Source: Rhodoferax sp.
Lineage (GTDB): Bacteria > Pseudomonadota > Gammaproteobacteria > Burkholderiales > Burkholderiaceae_C
NCBI GenBank assembly: GCA_029865845.1
Contig: JARXAM010000072.1
Span: forward strand, 14,038 to 78,037
DNA: 64,000 nt
Direction: 5' to 3'
Part shown: one piece after another, positions 59,603-64,000 of the stretch
Position numbering within the stretch: position 1 is the stretch's first letter
Layout of the letters: each line of letters starts with the position of its first letter
The notes under the pieces: generated by a model
What the model was told of the DNA's origin: nothing
Seen by the model: only the letters and a program-made list of their open reading frames with translations
Databases searched by the model: none
Program-made: the position numbers and the translations under genes

Positions 59603-60817
59603 ATGAATTCCACTGCCAAACCACTTTCCATGTCCCAGGTGCTGGTGTGTGGCGCCACTATCGTGACGCTGTCCATGGGTATCCGCCACGGTTTCGGCCT
59701 GTGGCTACAGCCCATCACCCAAGCGCAGGGCTGGACGCGTGAAACCTTTGCCTTTGCCATGGCAGTCCAGAACCTTGCATGGGGTCTGAGCGGAATTTTT
59801 GCGGGCATGGCGGCAGATCGGTATGGGGCGTACAGGGTCATCATCATCGGCTCACTGTTGTATGCCTTGGGCTTGTGCGGCATGGGCTTGGCCACCAGTC
59901 CCTTGATGTTCACTGTGGCAACGGGCGCGCTCATCGGCATGGCGCAGGCGGGGACCACCTATGCCGTGATTTACGGTGTGATCGGTCGCAACGTGCCTGC
60001 CGAAAAACGCTCTTGGGCCATGGGCGTTGCTGCTGCGGCAGGTTCGTTTGGCCAGTTTTTGATGGTACCGACCGAGGGCTTTTTGATCAGCCACTTTGGC
60101 TGGCAGGAGGCGTTGCTGACACTGGCAGCCGCTACGCTGTTGATGATTCCACTGGCTCGCGGACTGCGCGAGCACGCATTTGGTGGCTCTGCTGCCCCGG
60201 CGGACCAGCAAAGTATTGCGCAGGCGCTGCGCGAAGCCTTCAAGTACCCCAGCTTCCAGTTGCTGATGGCGGGCTACTTTGTGTGCGGCTTCCAGGTCGT
60301 GTTTATCGGGGTGCACATGCCCAGCTATTTGAAAGATAAGGGTCTCTCGCCTCAAGTGGCTAGCTATGCGCTGGCCTTGATTGGGCTCTTTAATGTATTT
60401 GGCACGTATGCAGCCGGGGCACTGGGCCAAAAGATACCCAAAAAATACATTCTGGCGTTCATCTACTTTGCGCGAGCAGTAGCCATTAGCGTGTTTTTAT
60501 TGGTGCCCCTTTCCCCAATCAGCGTGTATGTGTTTGCTGCAGTCATGGGCGTGCTGTGGCTGTCCACCATTCCACCCACCAATGCGACTATTGCCCAAAT
60601 TTTCGGCGTGGCCCATTTGTCGATGCTCGGGGGCTTTGTGTTTTTCAGCCACCAAGTGGGCTCTTTCATGGGGGTGTGGCTGGGTGGCTACTTGTACGAC
60701 CGCACGGGAAGCTACGACATCGTCTGGTACATCGCGATCGCGCTTGGCGTTGCTGCTGCGCTGGTAAATTTGCCGGTGCGTGAGGCACCTATTGCCCGCG
60801 CACCGCAAGCGGCGTAG
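59603..60817 (+). CDS. MFS transporter
   Basis: 12 hydrophobic segments, GMAADRYG, GSFGQF, FVCGFQ, HQVGSF. Confidence 0.92.
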   Translation: MNSTAKPLSMSQVLVCGATIVTLSMGIRHGFGLWLQPITQAQGWTRETFAFAMAVQNLAWGLSGIFAGMAADRYGAYRVIIIGSLLYALGLCGMGLATSPLMFTVATGALIGMAQAGTTYAVIYGVIGRNVPAEKRSWAMGVAAAAGSFGQFLMVPTEGFLISHFGWQEALLTLAAATLLMIPLARGLREHAFGGSAAPADQQSIAQALREAFKYPSFQLLMAGYFVCGFQVVFIGVHMPSYLKDKGLSPQVASYALALIGLFNVFGTYAAGALGQKIPKKYILAFIYFARAVAISVFLLVPLSPISVYVFAAVMGVLWLSTIPPTNATIAQIFGVAHLSMLGGFVFFSHQVGSFMGVWLGGYLYDRTGSYDIVWYIAIALGVAAALVNLPVREAPIARAPQAA

Positions 60818-60828
60818 GGCTACCGATC

Positions 60829-60948
60829 ATGGGCAAACACCTGGCGGTCACGTTGGCACTGTGCCTGCTGCTGACTGCCATTTTTTCACTCTATGCCCAG
60901 CCTGACTTCATGGTGCAAATGGCCAACCAACTGTGGTCGTGTTTCTGA
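60829..60948 (+). CDS. Small (39 aa) single-pass membrane protein
   Basis: MGKHLAVTLALCLLLTAIFSLYAQPDFMVQMANQLWSCF; starts 11 nt after the MFS stop; below the ORF-track cutoff. Confidence 0.7.
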   Translation: MGKHLAVTLALCLLLTAIFSLYAQPDFMVQMANQLWSCF

Positions 60949-61081
60949 CTCCAATGCCTCGAGCTCCCCGGTCGCGCAACGCGGCATGGCCCTGCGAATC
61001 TCTACCCCCGGTGCACCCAATGCCACTCTGGCGCGTTATGCACTCTAGTTAAAATGTTTGTTTACTGATTCAACACTCGAC

Positions 61082-61978
61082 ATGAACGCTTCTACAGGTC
61101 CAATCCGGGGCAGCATCGTAGCCCTTATCACTCCGATGCTTGATGATGGCTCCGTGGATTATCCGGCGCTGCGAAAACTCATTGATTGGCATATTGCCGA
61201 AGGCACCGATTGCATCGGCGTCGTGGGCACCACCGGAGAGTCTCCCACCGTCAGCGTAGAAGAGCACTGCGAAATCATCCGCGTTTCGGTGGAGCAATCC
61301 GCAGGGCGAGTGCCCATCATGGCCGGATGCGGCGGCAACTCCACCCGCGAGGCGATTGCGTTGGCCAAGTTCGCCAAACAAGTCGGTGCGGACTGCCAAT
61401 TGCAAGTAGTGCCGTACTACAACAAGCCCACACAGGAAGGCCAGTTCCAGCACTTCAAGGCCATTGCCGAGGCCTCTGGCGACCTGCCTATCGTGCTGTA
61501 CAACGTGCCCGGACGATCAGTGGCGGATATGGCCCACGACACCGTGCTGCGCCTGACCCAAGTGCCCGGCATCGTCGGCATCAAGGAAGCCACGGGCAAT
61601 ATCGAACGCGCGCAATGGCTGATCAAGGATGCGCCCAAGAGCTTTTCGATTTACAGCGGTGATGACCCAACCGCCGTAGCACTGATGCTGTGTGGTGGTC
61701 ACGGCAATGTGAGCGTCACTGCCAACTTGGCGCCGCGCCTGATGCACGAACTCTGCAAAGCGGCCATTGCGGGAAACGTTGCACGGGCGATGGAAATCCA
61801 ATTGCAACTCTTGCCCCTTCACAAGGCGCTGTTCATTGAGTCCAACCCCATCCCGGTGAAGTGGGCAGCGGCGCGCATGGGCCTGAGCAAGCCCGCACTG
61901 CGTCTGCCGTTGACGCCGTTGACGGACGCAAGTCAGCCGGTTCTTGAACGTGCCATGCAGTCCGTCGGACTGATTTGA
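61082..61978 (+). CDS. dapA: 4-hydroxy-tetrahydrodipicolinate synthase
   Basis: ALITP, GTTGES, PYYNKP, LYNVPGR, GIKEATG, SGDD, NPIPVK. Confidence 0.97.
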   Translation: MNASTGPIRGSIVALITPMLDDGSVDYPALRKLIDWHIAEGTDCIGVVGTTGESPTVSVEEHCEIIRVSVEQSAGRVPIMAGCGGNSTREAIALAKFAKQVGADCQLQVVPYYNKPTQEGQFQHFKAIAEASGDLPIVLYNVPGRSVADMAHDTVLRLTQVPGIVGIKEATGNIERAQWLIKDAPKSFSIYSGDDPTAVALMLCGGHGNVSVTANLAPRLMHELCKAAIAGNVARAMEIQLQLLPLHKALFIESNPIPVKWAAARMGLSKPALRLPLTPLTDASQPVLERAMQSVGLI

Positions 61979-62001
61979 CTGCCGATTTTTTGAGGATATC
62001 T

Positions 62002-63084
62002 GTGAATTCCATTTCCAAAGTTATTTTGCTTGGCACGACACTGGCCCTAGGGGCATGCTCTGCGCTCGAACCGGACAAAGTGGATTACCGATCTGCGGCC
62101 AAAGCGCCCAAGCTGGACGTCCCCCCCGACCTGACGCAACTCAGCAAAGAGGCACCTTACACCGTGGTGGGTGGTGCCGTATCTGCCAACGCATCCAAGG
62201 TACCCCAAGCTGGCACCTCCAAGGCGGTGGTCGCGCCTGCCTCTGTCGGCGATGTCCGCATTGAACGCACAGGCAACCAGCGGTGGCTTGTCGTTGCGCG
62301 TCCGGCGGATCAGCTTTGGGAACCAGTCAAGGATTTTTGGATGGAAAACGGATTTTTGCTCGCCTTGGAGCAAGATCAGTTGGGCATCATGGAAACCGAC
62401 TGGGCAGAGAACCGGGCCAAGATCCCGCAGGACCTTATCCGCGCATCCTTGGGTAAGCTGTTGGATAGCATTTACTCAACACCCGAGCGTGACAAGTTCC
62501 GAACTCGCTTAGAACGCGGCTCCGCCGGCAGCACAGAGATTTACATCAGCCACCGGGGAATGGTGGAGGTGTACACCGCAGACCGCTCCAATCAAACCAT
62601 CTGGCAACCCCGGCCAGCAGATGAAGAATTGGAAGCGGAGTTTTTGCGCCGACTGATGTTGAAACTCGGTGCCTCTCCCGAACAAGCACGGGCGGCGGCC
62701 AATGCACCTGTATCCAAACCCGTAGCCTCGGTTGCCGATGTAGACGGACCACCCACCCTGCAAATCTCTGAGGGCTTTGACCGCGCTTGGCGTCGGGTGG
62801 GGCTTGCCCTGGACCGCACAGGCTTTACTGTCGAAGACCGGGATCGCAAACAAGGCATTTATTTCGTTCGCTATCAAAGCGACAATGCCGAATCAGCGGA
62901 AACCGGCTTCTTTGGCAAACTATTTGGCAACTCCAAGAAAACGACTGAGGTTGCCAAGTACCGCATCGAAGTACGTAGCACGGGCGATACATCCAATGTG
63001 CAAGTACTCAACGCAGATGGCACCATCAATACCTCTGCTACCGCAAAGCGCATTGTGAAAGTATTGGCAGACGACATCCAATAA
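62002..63084 (+). CDS. bamC: Outer membrane protein assembly factor BamC
   Basis: Lipobox LGAC, LDVPPDL, METDWAENRA, RDKFRTRLE, FTVEDRDR; follows dapA. Confidence 0.92.
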   Translation: MNSISKVILLGTTLALGACSALEPDKVDYRSAAKAPKLDVPPDLTQLSKEAPYTVVGGAVSANASKVPQAGTSKAVVAPASVGDVRIERTGNQRWLVVARPADQLWEPVKDFWMENGFLLALEQDQLGIMETDWAENRAKIPQDLIRASLGKLLDSIYSTPERDKFRTRLERGSAGSTEIYISHRGMVEVYTADRSNQTIWQPRPADEELEAEFLRRLMLKLGASPEQARAAANAPVSKPVASVADVDGPPTLQISEGFDRAWRRVGLALDRTGFTVEDRDRKQGIYFVRYQSDNAESAETGFFGKLFGNSKKTTEVAKYRIEVRSTGDTSNVQVLNADGTINTSATAKRIVKVLADDIQ

Positions 63085-63089
63085 ACCCA

Positions 63090-63121
63090 CGTTTATCGGA
63101 TGGTGAACCATCCGATAAACG
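63090..63121. repeat. Perfect inverted repeat
   Basis: CGTTTATCGGATGGT-GA-ACCATCCGATAAACG (15-bp arms). Confidence 0.8.
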
Positions 63122-63137
63122 GTGCGTAGCCAACCAA

Positions 63138-63177
63138 AAACAAAGCCTTCAAACATTTCTGTTTGAAGGCTTTGTTT
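63138..63177. terminator. Long hairpin, probable bidirectional terminator for bamC and tRNA-Pro
   Basis: AAACAAAGCCTTCAAACA-TTTC-TGTTTGAAGGCTTTGTTT (18-bp arms) with T-rich ends on both strands. Confidence 0.75.
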
Positions 63178-63184
63178 ATTCAAT

Positions 63185-63261
63185 TGGTCGGTGTGAAAGG
63201 ATTCGAACCTTCGACCCCTTGCACCCCATGCAAGTGCGCTACCAGGCTGCGCCACACACCG
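63185..63261 (-). tRNA. tRNA-Pro (GGG)
   Basis: 77 nt CGGTGTG...CACACCG-ACCA; D-loop CCTGGTA; anticodon stem CTTGC/GCAAG with loop ATGGGGT; T-loop GGTTCGAATCC; encoded CCA. Confidence 0.97.
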
Positions 63262-63303
63262 AATCAGACCTAAATTATAACGGATTACGCGGCAGGATTT
63301 CGG

Positions 63304-63750
63304 CTAGATCGACAACATCTGATGGAGGTTCATTAACTCTGCCCGCACATCTTGATAGGTAGCGAAACGCGCCGTTTTGCCATCCTCGCCCACGGTGCTG
63401 GGCAATGTGTTTATGTCGCTCGCGGGCTTACCCAGGACAGGCGCATCATTTTTCAGCATCGTTTGATCGGCGTGGGTTGCGCTACCTTCGCCTTGCAGTA
63501 TCTCCTGCATTTTGTTGCGCGCACCAGTGATAGTGAAACCTTGGTCGTACAGTAGTTCACGTATGCGACGAATCATCAACACCTCATGATGTTGGTAATA
63601 CCGCCGATTGCCACGTCGCTTCATAGGACGCAGTTGCGTAAACTCTTGCTCCCAATAACGCAAAACATGTGGCTTGACCCCACACAACTCGGCCACTTCA
63701 CTGATCGTGAAGTAACGCTTTGCGGGAATTAGTGGGAGTGACTTTTCCAT
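63304..63750 (-). CDS. MerR family regulator (ihfA-linked)
   Basis: IPAKRYFTISEV, HVLRYWEQEF, RRGNRRYY, GFTITGAR. Confidence 0.93.
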   Translation of the reverse strand: MEKSLPLIPAKRYFTISEVAELCGVKPHVLRYWEQEFTQLRPMKRRGNRRYYQHHEVLMIRRIRELLYDQGFTITGARNKMQEILQGEGSATHADQTMLKNDAPVLGKPASDINTLPSTVGEDGKTARFATYQDVRAELMNLHQMLSI

Positions 63751-63853
63751 TGGCTCAATGGCTACATCAATAGAACTAGGCAAGTTCGCTGTTTGGTTTC
63801 TACGGCGCGAGAATTAGATTCTGGATTCAATGCAAGTGGCATGATCAAGATGA

Positions 63854-64000
63854 TCAGCCTTCGGATCGATCCACACCCAATATCTGCTCCTTTAGCTTGT
63901 GGCTGGCATGAAAAGTGACTACACGGCGAGCCTGGATCGGGATAGTCTCCCCCGTACGGGGGTTTCGCCCTGGCCTAGGTGCTTTTGCACGGATGTGAAA
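63854..64000 (-). CDS. ihfA: Integration host factor subunit alpha, 3' part (truncated by window edge)
   Basis: [37 protein letters not shown]; directly upstream of merR; not in the ORF track. Confidence 0.93.
   Translation of the reverse strand, partial: FHIRAKAPRPGRNPRTGETIPIQARRVVTFHASHKLKEQILGVDRSEG

Noticed and set aside
1-64000. CRISPR array, prophage, IS element or defence system
   Set aside because: No regularly spaced direct repeats, and no cas, integrase, transposase, phage structural or known defence genes recognised

Overview
A 64-kb, mostly high-GC chromosomal segment. Gene order and protein sequences point to a betaproteobacterium, probably Comamonadaceae (inference). Most of it is housekeeping: surE-pcm-nlpD-rlmD, folK-pcnB-HAD-hda-perM/purM, murJ/rpsT, argD-argF, kynU-kynA, argP/argO, parE-parC, dapA-bamC, tRNA-Pro(GGG), merR and ihfA. 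I found no integrase, transposase, prophage or CRISPR array. The most interesting part is about 12.7-27.3 kb. It is a predicted peptide-ligation/peptide-tagging locus with two circularly permuted ATP-grasp ligases (one fused to alpha-E), a free alpha-E protein, a transglutaminase-DUF2126 ligase and a free transglutaminase. It lacks the usual Anbu or other peptidase gene and instead carries an HDOD protein, a ParA/MinD-like ATPase and a HiPIP, and it is split by comEC. Direct reading of the DNA shows two divergent sigma54 (-24/-12) promoters flanking comEC, NtrC-like boxes at the comEC 3' end, and an FNR-type box placed at -41.5 from a plausible start site for the HiPIP gene. Together these suggest control by both nitrogen and oxygen. 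A second point of interest is an AT-rich islet (about 35.4-37.4 kb) with a non-canonical Crp/Fnr regulator, an orphan CxxC...CxxC protein and operator-like palindromes. It lies next to an orphan ParA whose tail resembles the FtsZ C-terminal peptide. Three short or partial genes are absent from the ORF track: the hemP 3' end, a 39-aa membrane protein and the ihfA 3' end. A 46-aa membrane protein appears there only inside a longer ORF.
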